Below the pieces are notes generated by a model. That model worked only from the letters and a program-made list of their open reading frames with translations, did not search any database and had not been told where the DNA came from. Source: an uncultured delta proteobacterium (GTDB lineage: Bacteria > Desulfobacterota > WTBG01 > CAIYCZ01 > CAIRTM01). From it: a DNA stretch of 64,000 nt. The DNA lies in NCBI GenBank assembly GCA_963723235.1, contig CAVRPV010000011.1, forward strand, positions 129,177-193,176, in the 5' to 3' direction. Position 1 is the stretch's first letter; each line of letters begins with the position of its first letter. A program made the position numbers and the translations under genes. Shown here piece after piece: positions 20,563 to 30,330 of this stretch.

Positions 20563-22229
20563 TTACTGCCCTTGTTTGGCTGCATGGCTGCCTCGATCTT
20601 CTGCTTTCACCGCATCGAGGTTGAAGCTCGCGCCCTTCTGCATGGGCGGATACTCGATGGCCGTCATGGCCAGCTTCGCCACTTCCTGCTGGACGAACAC
20701 GAAGCGCCAGAACTCATACTGGAACCAATCTGAAGTATTCCTGCGCTCCGTCCTTGGTCCCGTTTGACGGCCAACCCGTGCGCTCGAACGGATCGAGGCG
20801 CAGGTTGGTCAGGATACGGCACGTCGACGTGTGACTTTGGCGCCCAGCCAGCCGTCGGGCTGGTCGATGAAGCGATACTTGAAGTCGTCGATACGCACCG
20901 CGCCGAGCGTGCTTTCGCCGAAGTAGAAGATTTCGTGGCGTTCGACGGGCCTTTGCCGGTGATCAGCGTCCATCTGGTTGTAGCCATCAAGATGGTCCTT
21001 GTAGGTGCGTGTCGCCGAGTTTCTTACCCTTCAGCAGTTCGTCGGCGATGTTCGGATTGCCGGCCGCGGCGACGAAGGTCGGGAACCAGTCGAGGCCGGA
21101 GAAGATGCCGTTCTGAACCTTGTCCGCCGGCACTTTGCCGGGCCAGCGGATGATCGCACGGCACGCGGAAGCCGCCTTCCATGACGGTGCCCTTTGGTCT
21201 GCGCGAACGGCGTCTGTCCGCCATCGGGCCAGGTGAAGACCTCGGTGCCGTTGTCGGTGGTAAACACGACGATGGTGTTGTCGTCCACGCCCATGTCCTT
21301 GAGCTTCTTCATGACGACGCCGACGATGTCGTCGAGTCTGGGCCATGCCGGCTTCCTGGATGGACCAGCCATTCTTCGAGTTGCGCATCGTTCTCGTACT
21401 TGTCGGCGAGAGATGCGTGACGATGTGCATGCGCGTCGGATTGAGCCAGAGGAAGAACGGCTTGTTGTCGGCCTTGGCCTTGTCCATGAACTTGATGGCG
21501 AGGTCGAGAATTTCGTCGTCCACGGTTTCCATCCGCTTGGGATAGAGCGTGCCGGCATCCTCGATCTTCTGCTTGCCGACCTTGCCCCAGCGCGGCATCA
21601 CCGTCGGGTCGTCCGTGTCGGTCGCCCAGCTGTGGACCATGTTGCGCGGCCCGACTTTGTCCATGCAATTCCTGCGGGTAGTGCGGGATGCGCGGGGTCT
21701 TCCATCGCGTCGAGGTGATAGAGGTACCGAAGAATTCATCGAACCCGTGGACGGTGGGCAGGAATTCGTTGAGATCGCCAAGGTGGTTCTTGCCGAACTG
21801 GCCCGTGGCATAGCCCATGGCCTTAAGCGCGGTGGCAATCGTCAGCGCCTCGGCGGGCAGCCCGATTTTGGCGCCGGCCTGGCCGACCGTGGTCATGCCG
21901 GTGCGGATCGGCAATTCGCCGGTGATGAAGTTGGCGCGGCCCGCCGTGCAACTCGCCTCGGCATAATAGTCGGTGAACAGCATGCCTTCCTTGGCCATCT
22001 TGTCGAGATTCGGCGTCTTGCCCGGCCATCATGCCGCGATGATAGGCGCCGATGTTCCAGCATGCCGATGTCGTCACCCATGATGACGACGATGTTGGGT
22101 TTGCTCCTCTGCTTGGGAGTATCAGCAGCTTGCGCCGTTGCTGTCAGCGGCACTCACCGTGAACCCTGCCAGCACGCATCCGACTGCCGCCCACTTGCGG
22201 GCCTTTCTCTTGAGATCTTCTTTTCTCAT
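20563..22229 (-). CDS. sulfatase S3, ~550 aa, Cys-type (CxAxR), secreted (at least 4 frame interruptions; 3' end approximate)
   Basis: ATG at 22229. Signal peptide [68 protein letters not shown] and [10 protein letters not shown] are found across 21893..22153, 21309..21998, 20987..21838 and 20664..20990. Confidence 0.85.
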
Positions 22230-22322
22230 CACACTGTCCTCCTTGTTTGTGTTGACAATTCCCGGCAAGAACTATGGAAAACGGCTTTTCCGCATCTCAT
22301 GTCTTCCCGGGTCTTTCTGTTG
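22230..22322 (-). promoter_or_regulatory. conserved 5' leader shared with sulfatase S4, containing an imperfect palindrome
   Basis: Sequence ttcccggcaagaac.atgga.aa...cttttccgc.tctcatgtcttcccgg. It is about 85-90% identical by eye to 33216-33308. Confidence 0.4.
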
Positions 22323-22370
22323 TGGACATCTTTGCTACATACGGTTGCCCATAATAAAGGGTGTTAAAAA

Positions 22371-22478
22371 GCCGGACACGAGCTTGATGGTATATGGCAA
22401 TTGCAGGCCGGACAAAGCGAAGCATGTCCGGCACTGGCGCAAGTTTGTAATGGAACAATGTTCTTTATCCGGCCTGCC
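22371..22478. repeat. REP cluster
   Basis: GCCGGACACGAGC...; TGCAGGCCGGACAAAGCGAAGCATGTCCGGC; ...TTATCCGGCCTGCC. Confidence 0.7.
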
Positions 22479-22483
22479 TTGCG

Positions 22484-23725
22484 CTACGGCGCAACCGCGG
22501 GCTTTTTTTCGACAATGCTCCAGCCGCGCTGCTCAAGCGCGGTGCGGGCCTGCGGGTCAACCTTGCCGTACACAATGAGATGCTTGCCCGTAACGCCTTT
22601 CATCTTGCCTATGGCTGCGGAAAAGAGCTGCTCCTTCTGGTCAAGATTCTGCGTCCAGGCGATATAGTCAAGGGGGAAAACACCAACAATGGTATTGTCT
22701 TTGGTTTTGAGAAATGTCTTGCCGTTGACATCAACCATACTTTTTATACTCTTTGCTTCTGAAGCGTACGCGGCCATACACTCGGCCTGAAACCGCACAA
22801 AAAGTGCCACCGAAGGGTCCTTGACACCAAAGCAGTTCAAGATAAAATTAGAGCGGCCGCTGACCCCCTGCATGCTTTCAAGGGCGCCCACAATGAGCGT
22901 CTTGTCATACGGGTTGAAAAGATAGTTGTTTAAAAATTCATCAGCCAGCTGGGGCGTTACGCCCATGGCCAGAAGCGCCTTTTTGTTGATGTCGTTAAGC
23001 TCGGCCGGTGATTTATCGCGCACCTTTTTTTTCATCGAGTCCGAGGTGCTCGACAGGCTGATCACCGTGCCGGGAATATCGGGAATGGCTAAAAAAGCGG
23101 CTTTCACAGTCAGTCCGCCGGCAAATGATACCCAGGCAAGCTCATCGAGCTTATCCTGCAGCTGCTTGTTGGCTGTATAGGGATTCACATCGAGGCGGTA
23201 GGCGAACATGCGTTTTGCCGCAGCCTGCCCCAGGGCGGTCTTGGCGACATTGGGCTGGTTGGGGTCCTTGCTGACGATGGAGGTACCGACATCGCTGAAC
23301 CACCGGCCGATGCCGGTACCGATTTTTTTCACCGTATCAACAGGCTCGGTCACCAGCCCCTTGGCCGTGTTGTAGGGCCCGAGGCCCGCTTTTTTAAACG
23401 CGTCTTTGAACTCATCCGATTTCGAAATTTTTTGTATTTTTTCCAGCGCGGCACGCTCTTTTATATATATCATAAGCGCCTGCGTGCTTTCGATGGCAGC
23501 GCTGCCGCCCGGGTCGGTGACGCTGTATTCATTTACAAGGCCGTCATTTTTGACCTCTTCGGCAACCCGGTAATCAGACCCGTTTAACAGGGCCGCAGGC
23601 ACGAAATCGGCGCTCTTGAGCATCAGGGGCGGGCTCTGATACCCGGGCTGCTGCGCCTCCGCGCTGGAGGAGGAAATATGCAGCACTGCACATAGTAAAA
23701 CTGTGACACAAAGGTGTCTCTGCAT
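22484..23725 (-). CDS. secreted hypothetical protein (413 aa)
   Basis: Intact ORF with signal peptide MQRHLCVTVLLCAVLHISSSSAEA. I recognised no family. Confidence 0.7.
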   Translation of the reverse strand: MQRHLCVTVLLCAVLHISSSSAEAQQPGYQSPPLMLKSADFVPAALLNGSDYRVAEEVKNDGLVNEYSVTDPGGSAAIESTQALMIYIKERAALEKIQKISKSDEFKDAFKKAGLGPYNTAKGLVTEPVDTVKKIGTGIGRWFSDVGTSIVSKDPNQPNVAKTALGQAAAKRMFAYRLDVNPYTANKQLQDKLDELAWVSFAGGLTVKAAFLAIPDIPGTVISLSSTSDSMKKKVRDKSPAELNDINKKALLAMGVTPQLADEFLNNYLFNPYDKTLIVGALESMQGVSGRSNFILNCFGVKDPSVALFVRFQAECMAAYASEAKSIKSMVDVNGKTFLKTKDNTIVGVFPLDYIAWTQNLDQKEQLFSAAIGKMKGVTGKHLIVYGKVDPQARTALEQRGWSIVEKKPAVAP

Positions 23726-23776
23726 GAGCTAGTCCTTTCCAATAGATTAAAGGTAGATTAAATAGGTCAACGTCCT

Positions 23777-24538
23777 TTACTGGCTGATCTTCTCCATCAA
23801 GTACTCAAGCGTGCTCTCGGCAAGCAGCATGTCCCGCAGACGCTGCAGCCCACCTCCTTTCTCAAGTTCTGCCTGCAATGATTTCTTTGTCGTTTTAAAT
23901 TCTTCGGCCTTCTCGGCAATGCGTTTGTCAACATCGGTATCGTCAACCTCGATGCCTTCCTGCCGCGCTATCTGCTTCAGGATCAGCATCAGTTTTATCT
24001 GGTTTTGCGCGGCCTGCCACTCCGGGCTGCCTGGTGCGCTGCCGTCGATACCATCAAAGGCGAGTTCATCCTTCACCAGACCTGTCAGGGATATCGAAGC
24101 TCACCAGCTCCAGAAGCTTCAGCGATATCTGGTCGCGGGGGTCGACGCTTCCGTCATCGATTTTCAGGCTGCTCAAATCCGGCAGCTCGATCTTCGGCAT
24201 GGGATAAAAGCGCAGCTGAGCGCGAAAGATCTCGCCTCGCGCGCACTCAATATCCTCTGCCTCCGCAAGACCCAAAACCTCAATCCCGGCTTCCCGGACA
24301 GCCTCGCGGCCCAGGCGCTGCGCAGCTCGATACGGAAAGATCTTCGATGATTTCTTTCTGAAAGCGCTTCTCGATCACGCTGCGCGGGACCTTGCCCGGC
24401 CGGAAGCCCGGAACGGAGGCCTTGGCATACCCGGCCACGACGTCGTCGTAATCGGCGGCAAGCTCGGACCACTCGGCCTCGACCTTCAGGCGGTGATAGC
24501 CGTCATTGCTAGTTGTTATCTAATGGGGTGGTTTTCAT
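23777..24538 (-). CDS. short trigger-factor-like protein lacking the PPIase domain (about 3 frame interruptions)
   Basis: ATG at 24538. N-domain ribosome-binding signature VPGFRPGKVPRSVIEKRF. The C-terminal fragment 23777..24076 resembles the TF C-domain end (LILKQIARQEGIEVDDTDVDKRIAEKAEEF). Total length is only about 250 aa. Confidence 0.6.
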
Positions 24539-24605
24539 AGGTTATCGAAATGGATAAATGAGAGTTGTTGGGTTTCGCCCTTTACATTCTGTACGTTTTC
24601 ATAAG

Positions 24606-25981
24606 TCAATTTAATTTCTGTGCAGGTTGGGTTGAGATACGAAACCCAACGCAATGTTTTCCGGGCTTAACCCTAACCCTACTAAAAAAAATCTTCATTC
24701 CCAGACCCGACACCCGACACTTTCCCCTCCTCACCCTCTTCTCCGGCTGCCAGTGCTCTGCGGCATGCGTACGGACCTCTTTGACCACTGTTTGCCCCAG
24801 ATCCCGCACGATCTTCTGCACGGGCTCATCGATATGGGAGAAAAACTTTTTCCAGCCGCTGCACAGGTAATTCAGCCCTGCCTCGCCCTCGGAGGTCTTG
24901 ATGAAGCGGTTCTTCGGGCACTCCCCGAAGCAGGTGAACTGGTAGTCGCACCTGCGGCATTGCTCCGGGAGCAAACCCTCCTTCATCATGCCGAATTTTT
25001 CCTGCTGCTTCGAGTAGGCCATGTCCGCGAGCGGCCGCTCCTGCAGGTTGCCGGCGCAATACTCCGGATAAACATAATGGTCGCAGGCATAGACTGATCC
25101 GTCGCGCTCAAGCGCCATACCCTTGCCGCACAGGGGGCCCTGCGTGCAAAGCGGCGACACATGGCCCATCCAGGTCTCAACCGCCGCCTCGAAATAGTTC
25201 ACATAGATTTTGCCAAGGTCTTTGCGATGCCACTCATCAAAGACGCGGCAGAGAAAATCGCCCCAGTCATCGGGGTCAACGCTCCACTCCTCCACAGCCG
25301 ATCCCTCGGTGCCGGGCCGCGCCTGGGGCGAGCCCTGCACCGGCATCAGGTTGCACGTCCCATCGCTGGGGCGCAATACTCTGGAAGCCCACGGGCTCGA
25401 CAATCGGAATGAACTGCATTCTTTTTGATCCCACCTGATCGCGCAGGAACCGGTATACCTCAAGCGGTCGTTGTGCCGTTAGCCGGTTGACGCAGGAGAG
25501 TGTTGCGAAGTTCACCTTGTGCTTTCTCAGCAGCTTTGAAGCGCGAAAGGCGCGGTCGAAGCTCCCCTTGCCCGCTGTATCTTTTCGATAAGTGTCGTGC
25601 AGACTGCTTCGGCCCGTCGATAGAGAGACCGACAAGGAAGTTTTCATCATGGAGAAACCTGCACCAGTCGTCGTCCAGCAGCGTGCCGTTGGTCTGCAGA
25701 TCGTTTTCGCAGCGCACATGGGCCGGGCAGTATTTCTTCTCAAGCTCAACAACTCTCCGGAAGAAGTCAAGGCCCAGCAGGGTCGGCTCGCCGCCCTGCC
25801 AGGAGAAGACCACCTCTTTGTAGTTCTGGCTTTCAAAGTATTGGCGGATAAATGCCTCAAGCACTTCATCGGCTATGCGCCATTGTTCAGGCCTGCCCAG
25901 CAGTTCCTGCTTGGAGAGATAGTAGCAGTAGGCGCAGTCAAGATTGCACAGCGAGCCCGTGGGCTTCACCATCACATGCAT
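24606..25981 (-). CDS. anaerobic sulfatase-maturating enzyme 2 (radical SAM/SPASM; at least 2 frame interruptions; C-terminal end uncertain)
   Basis: Fragment 25460..25981 has VKPTGSLCNLDCAYCYY and WQGGEPTL. Fragment 24606..25463 has YACDHYVYPEY...CRRCDYQFTCFGECPKNRF. The last ~40 codons may be read-through past a T8 run near 24684. Confidence 0.9.
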
Positions 25982-26074
25982 GCGCCGATGGGCTTGCCGC
26001 GAAAAATCTGCATTTTATGCTGCCAAATGTCCGTCATGCTGTCTTCGCAAGTCTGCATATTTGCAGTAAGGTTT

Positions 26075-26537
26075 CTATTTTTTTCTTACGAACTCCACCT
26101 CAAATTGTTGCTGCTGCACGGCTTGAAAATAAATGCCTGTCAGCCGGTCCGTGGCCGGGTCATAGCTCAGCGTGTAGGTCGAGCCGGGATAATTCACATC
26201 GCGCAGTTCGACAAAAACCTGCAGGCGGCCGTCCTGAAGTTTCCATTCGCGCGACGCGACATTGATCGGCCGCGGGTTAAAATAGGCGGCCTTTAAGATG
26301 CCGTCCGGGCTGACGCTGCTCAATTCCAAGCACATATCCGCCGTCGGGCCGCAGCCATTGGCCAAGCAGTTTTGACGTGTCCGGCCCTGACGAAGCTGCG
26401 TATTTTCCCCACATCCAGTAGCCCGCCATCGCCACCACGACCGCAACAACGATGATGCCGGCTACCCACCAGCCGGTGCGGCGGCGGGGAGCAGCGGACT
26501 GCTGAGGCTTAGCTTTGTGTTTGGTTTTTTTGCTCAT
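26075..26537 (-). CDS. membrane-anchored hypothetical protein (one frame interruption)
   Basis: Fragment 26277..26537 (MSKKTKHKAKPQQ...WWVAGIIVVAVVVAMAGYW) joins 26075..26449 (SPDGILKAAYFNPRPINVASREWKLQDGRLQVFVELRD). Confidence 0.55.
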
Positions 26538-26558
26538 TTCAGTTCCTCAAAAGGTTTT

Positions 26559-26667
26559 GCCGGACACGCTGCGCTCTTCGCACTTCGCTCAGGGTCATGC
26601 TTTGTCCGGCTTTGCGCCAATTCGTTTTTGTAGGCCGGACTAAACCGCAGGGCGGGATGAGTCCGGC
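26559..26667. repeat. REP pair (long variant plus GTAG hairpin)
   Basis: GCCGGACACGCTGCGCTCTTCGCACTTCGCTCAGGGTCATGCTTTGTCCGGC ... TGTAGGCCGGACTAAACCGCAGGGCGGGATGAGTCCGGC. Confidence 0.8.
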
Positions 26668-26782
26668 AGTTTTTATTAATCTGTTTGTTGAACACGTCCG
26701 CTGCAGCGGATCCAGCCGGCTTACTGCCCAAGCTGGGAGAGCGCATACTGCAGCGGTGCGCTTGATACCTTGATCAGCCCAC

Positions 26783-27483
26783 TCAAGTGGAGTCGCTCAT
26801 CTCCAAGACCAGAAAGATTGAGCCGGAAACCGCCAGTGCGCAGAGCACAATAGAAACGATAACTGTTGCATTGCGTGGTGCAAGCAGGCCAAAGCCGCCG
26901 AATAAAATGCAGAGCCAGAATGCCAGCACCACCAGAAAAGGCATCGGAAGCGGGTTTTTTCCTGCGCGAACACCAGCCAGCGCATAGCCATCAGGTCACG
27001 GCCGATTTGCTGTGCCTGCGCCTTGCACTCGCGCTGGGCATCAGTCTGCGGGGAGAGTTTGCCGATACCGCCCCACAGAGCTTCGACCGCCTGCAGCTTC
27101 TCGCGAGTATCCATGTTCACCGGCGGGGCATCTTTTTCAGGCCATGTCGCATGCAGCCTGTCGGTTATGATCTGTTTGAACTGCTCACGGATCAGTTTCG
27201 TCTCCGGCCCGTAATGGGCAAGGGCCCGGTCAAGCTGAATGCTATTGGCGGCGCTCTGCTGAATCTCACTGTTGCTCAGGTCAAAGGTGCTCTTTGCCGA
27301 GGAGGTCAGCAGGCCCAGCACAAGGGCGGCCAATGTGGCAATCAGGCCCATGGAAAGCTTTATGACCTCCTTTGAGTCTTTGCTGAGATGATGCTCAGGC
27401 AGCATCGAGTTGATAATGATGCCGGCAATGGCGCTCATGAAGACGCACGCGAACACGATCAAGGAGATTGCTAATGGACTCAT
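26783..27483 (-). CDS. membrane protein (DUF4239-like, by recollection; one frame interruption near 26950)
   Basis: ORF 26797..27483. Shifting frame after WLVFAQE restores two TM helices, NPLPMPFLVVLAFWLCILFGGFGLLAPRNATVIVSIVLCALAVSGSIFLVLEMSDST*. Confidence 0.55.
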
Positions 27484-27538
27484 GTTTTTAAACCGCTCTA
27501 TTGTTTATACAACAAACGTTTTTTTAAGCCAGCCGAAC

Positions 27539-28198
27539 CTATGACTGAAACGGCTGAATTTTCATCTCAACACGGCGGTTGAGCATGCGTCCTTCCGGAG
27601 TGCTGTTGTCGGCAACGGGGCTGGCTTTTCCCATGCCGATGGTCGTCAGCCGGGAAGCGCTGACGCCCTGCATGACCAGAGCATTTTTTACTGCATCGGC
27701 CCGCTTCTGCGACAGCTGCAGATTATAGGCTTCAGAGCCTGTGCTGTCGGTATAGCCCGCTATCTGTATGGTGGTATCGGGATACTGGTTGAGAATTCCC
27801 GCCACACGGGCGATTTCCCCGGAGCTGTAAGCGCCGGGCTGAATGGCGGATGAATTATGGGCAAACAGCACATCTGATTTGAACGTGACAATAAGGGCGT
27901 TCTGTTCCTTCTTCACACCCTGCAGAATTGCCGCCTGAGTCTGCGCCTGCGACTCGGCAAGCGCCTGCTTGAATTCGCGCTCCTGCTTGTCCATCATATA
28001 CCCGATACCGCCGCCGACAAGGCCGCCCAGCACCGCGCCTGCCGCCGCACCTTTGCCCCCGCCGATTGCATAGCCAAGACCGGCTCCAAGTATTGTTCCT
28101 GCGGCGACGCCGATTGAGGTTTTCTTGTTTTCCTGTATGGTTGCGCAGCCCGGAAGCATGAGCGCTATACAAAGCAGCACGGTTAGTAATTTTTTCAT
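27539..28198 (-). CDS. OmpA-family lipoprotein with glycine-zipper segment
   Basis: Intact 219-aa ORF. Lipobox LMLPGC, Gly-zipper GAGLGYAIGGGKGAAAGAVLGGLVGGGIG, and OmpA_C motifs GYTDSTGSEAYNLQLSQKRA and NRRVE. Confidence 0.9.
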   Translation of the reverse strand: MKKLLTVLLCIALMLPGCATIQENKKTSIGVAAGTILGAGLGYAIGGGKGAAAGAVLGGLVGGGIGYMMDKQEREFKQALAESQAQTQAAILQGVKKEQNALIVTFKSDVLFAHNSSAIQPGAYSSGEIARVAGILNQYPDTTIQIAGYTDSTGSEAYNLQLSQKRADAVKNALVMQGVSASRLTTIGMGKASPVADNSTPEGRMLNRRVEMKIQPFQS

Positions 28199-28269
28199 GA
28201 AAATTCTCCCTTTATGCGTTTTGTAAAATCAGCAATTCTGCGCTGCTGCACGAATGGTTGCCGTCAGTA

Positions 28270-28749
28270 TTACTGCAGCGGATGGCCGGCAATGCCGGTT
28301 TTAAGCTTGGGCTTGATGAGCGCATCCCATATGACCCGGATGACCGGAACATCAAGCTTTGCCGGGTTTGCCGCGTAATAGCCATCCGCGGCAAGCACGA
28401 TATCGTTTAGTTTCGCGCCGGCCAGCCCTTCCGCAGCCTTGGCGGAAAAGTTTTGCACTTTCAGTGAAGGGAATTTTTCCATCAGCATTTGCTCGATGGT
28501 TATCACGTGGCAGATGCCCCACACAAAACTCACTTTCTCTGCCTGAGTCGCCTTTTGCCATTCAATGCCGGTAAGCAGGGGCATGCCCATTTCTGCAAGC
28601 TGCTTATCAACATCATCCCTGAATTGAGTCTTTTCTTTTTTTTGCTCCTCTGTTTCTGCCCGTGCGGAGCTTAGCGCGCAACAGGCAACAGCCGCACATA
28701 CCGCAATAACCAGAAAGCTAACAATCGTTTTCTTTCTTTTCATGCTCAC
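28270..28749 (-). CDS. secreted hypothetical protein
   Basis: 159-aa ORF with an N-terminal signal-like segment KKTIVSFLVIAVCAAVACCALSSARA. Confidence 0.55.
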   Translation of the reverse strand: MSMKRKKTIVSFLVIAVCAAVACCALSSARAETEEQKKEKTQFRDDVDKQLAEMGMPLLTGIEWQKATQAEKVSFVWGICHVITIEQMLMEKFPSLKVQNFSAKAAEGLAGAKLNDIVLAADGYYAANPAKLDVPVIRVIWDALIKPKLKTGIAGHPLQ

Positions 28750-28877
28750 GTCTCCTTGTTGTGATTGTATCGGTGAAGGGCTGCTTTAAAAGTTATACGG
28801 TACCATCAAACTAATTGTGCCGTTTTATAGACATTCTGTGAAATATACAGCTGTGGTTTTTTTTGGGTCCGGGCCGC

Positions 28878-30143
28878 TTAAAATTTATAGACAATATTCA
28901 TATTGAAGACAGTAATGTAGTTCGTATTGTATTTTCCCTTGAGTTCGCCCCGCAGCGGCCCGCCTTCCTGATCGACACGGGAACTGCCGGCATCAATCAG
29001 TTCAAAAGCCCCGCCGATGGTAATATCATTGTTTATTTCATACTGCAGGCCCGTGGCATAGCGGATCTGACGATCAAGAGGGAGCACGGGTGAGCGGTCC
29101 TGCGCTTTGTCAATCGGCGATGTGTCATAGGCAACCCCCGCGCTCATCAGCCACTTGGGCGCGATACGGTACTGGGCCCCGAGCGCGACATGGTAGGTGT
29201 CCTGGTAGTCAAGGTCGTCGGTAAGCGAATTCGTTGCTCTGCCGGTTTCGACGCTGATCTCCGGCTCGCCGAATCGGCTCCAGTCCTGCCAGCCGAGATT
29301 TGCGCACAGGGCGAGCTCCGGGGTAAGCTGATGCCAGATGCTGAACATGATGTCCTGCGGAATGGTCGTGTCAATCGAGAGGTTTTTTAACACATCCGGC
29401 AGGGCACTAATGATCCAGCCTTCTTTGTTGACGTCAGGCTTATCGCTGAAGTTCAGATCCACTGCCGAGCGGTAGGTAAGGCCAAGACGCGTCTGTTTGC
29501 TGAGTTCAAGCAAAATGCCGAGATTATAGCCATAGCCGATATCCGTATCTTTGTATTTCAGGCTGCCATCGTCCTGACCGGGCCTCGGCGAATTAACAGC
29601 CACCTTGGTATACATCTTCCCCCCGACAACGCTGACACCGCCGCCAATGGAGATATAATCGTTCAGCCGGTAGCCGATTGAAGGATTGATACAGGCTGTC
29701 AGAAATTCTGCGTCCTGGACATAATATCTGCCCGACCAGCCATCGCCATAATCAAGTCCCAGGCCAAAATAGGAGCCCGAGTAAATTCCGAGCCGGAGGT
29801 CGTCGTTAACCTTGTGCACATAGGCAAATGTTCCGCTCGGCATAAACCCGCCGGCATCGCCGCCGCCACCGCCGCTGTTGGTTGCGCTGTCGACATGGAA
29901 TTTTGATGTTACGTTTATGCCCAGGAAGCCGCCGACAAGCTGGCTGCGGTCGAGTACGGTCATTGCAGCCGGGTTGCCGAAGGCGGTTGAGGCATCAAGG
30001 GCTGATGCCGCCCGGCCCGCATTGGCCATGCCCATGTCGGGGATGGCGCCTTCATACATCCAGAGCCCGCCTGCAAAAGCATGCCCCCTTGCCATGATCA
30101 TAAAAAACAGCAGCAATAGTATTCTTAAAACTTTTTTATTCAT
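28878..30143 (-). CDS. FadL/OMPP1/TodX-family outer-membrane channel for hydrophobic compounds
   Basis: Intact 421-aa ORF with a signal peptide. N-terminal GMANAGRAASALDASTAFGNPAAM is typical of FadL-family proteins. Aromatic C-terminal residue (..VYKF). Confidence 0.8.
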   Translation of the reverse strand: MNKKVLRILLLLFFMIMARGHAFAGGLWMYEGAIPDMGMANAGRAASALDASTAFGNPAAMTVLDRSQLVGGFLGINVTSKFHVDSATNSGGGGGDAGGFMPSGTFAYVHKVNDDLRLGIYSGSYFGLGLDYGDGWSGRYYVQDAEFLTACINPSIGYRLNDYISIGGGVSVVGGKMYTKVAVNSPRPGQDDGSLKYKDTDIGYGYNLGILLELSKQTRLGLTYRSAVDLNFSDKPDVNKEGWIISALPDVLKNLSIDTTIPQDIMFSIWHQLTPELALCANLGWQDWSRFGEPEISVETGRATNSLTDDLDYQDTYHVALGAQYRIAPKWLMSAGVAYDTSPIDKAQDRSPVLPLDRQIRYATGLQYEINNDITIGGAFELIDAGSSRVDQEGGPLRGELKGKYNTNYITVFNMNIVYKF

Positions 30144-30330
30144 TTTCCCCCCTTAAATATTGAACAATCTGGTAGTACACTCCGTGTATAGCACACTGTT
30201 ACATTGTAAGAAAATATTATTTTTCAATAAACAATTGGGGATATAGCCTGTTCTCAATTGCGCATTTTGCAGACTGGCAAAAACCGCCGCAGGGGATGTC
30301 CGGCATTAAAATATTACAGAACCGGCTGCT

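Noticed and set aside
10503-22367. Many long plus-strand ORFs across the sulfatase and HAD region (for example 10503..11084, 12254..12805, 15395..16225, 19706..20515, 21549..22367).
   Set aside because: They are Arg/Ala/Gly-rich and match no family. They lie antisense to clearly recognisable sulfatase and HAD coding sequence, which is typical of shadow ORFs in high-GC DNA.
24668-24682. Telomere-like CCCTAA x2 (TTAGGG on the minus strand) plus an 11-nt inverted repeat GTTGGGTTTCG / CGAAACCCAAC (24567-24577 and 24640-24650).
   Set aside because: Two hexamer units are too few for a G-quadruplex or a telomeric function. The inverted repeat spans the uncertain anSME2 3' end and the trigger-factor-like gene's leader. 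It may be a terminator-like structure, but it has no U-tract and no second copy to support a call.
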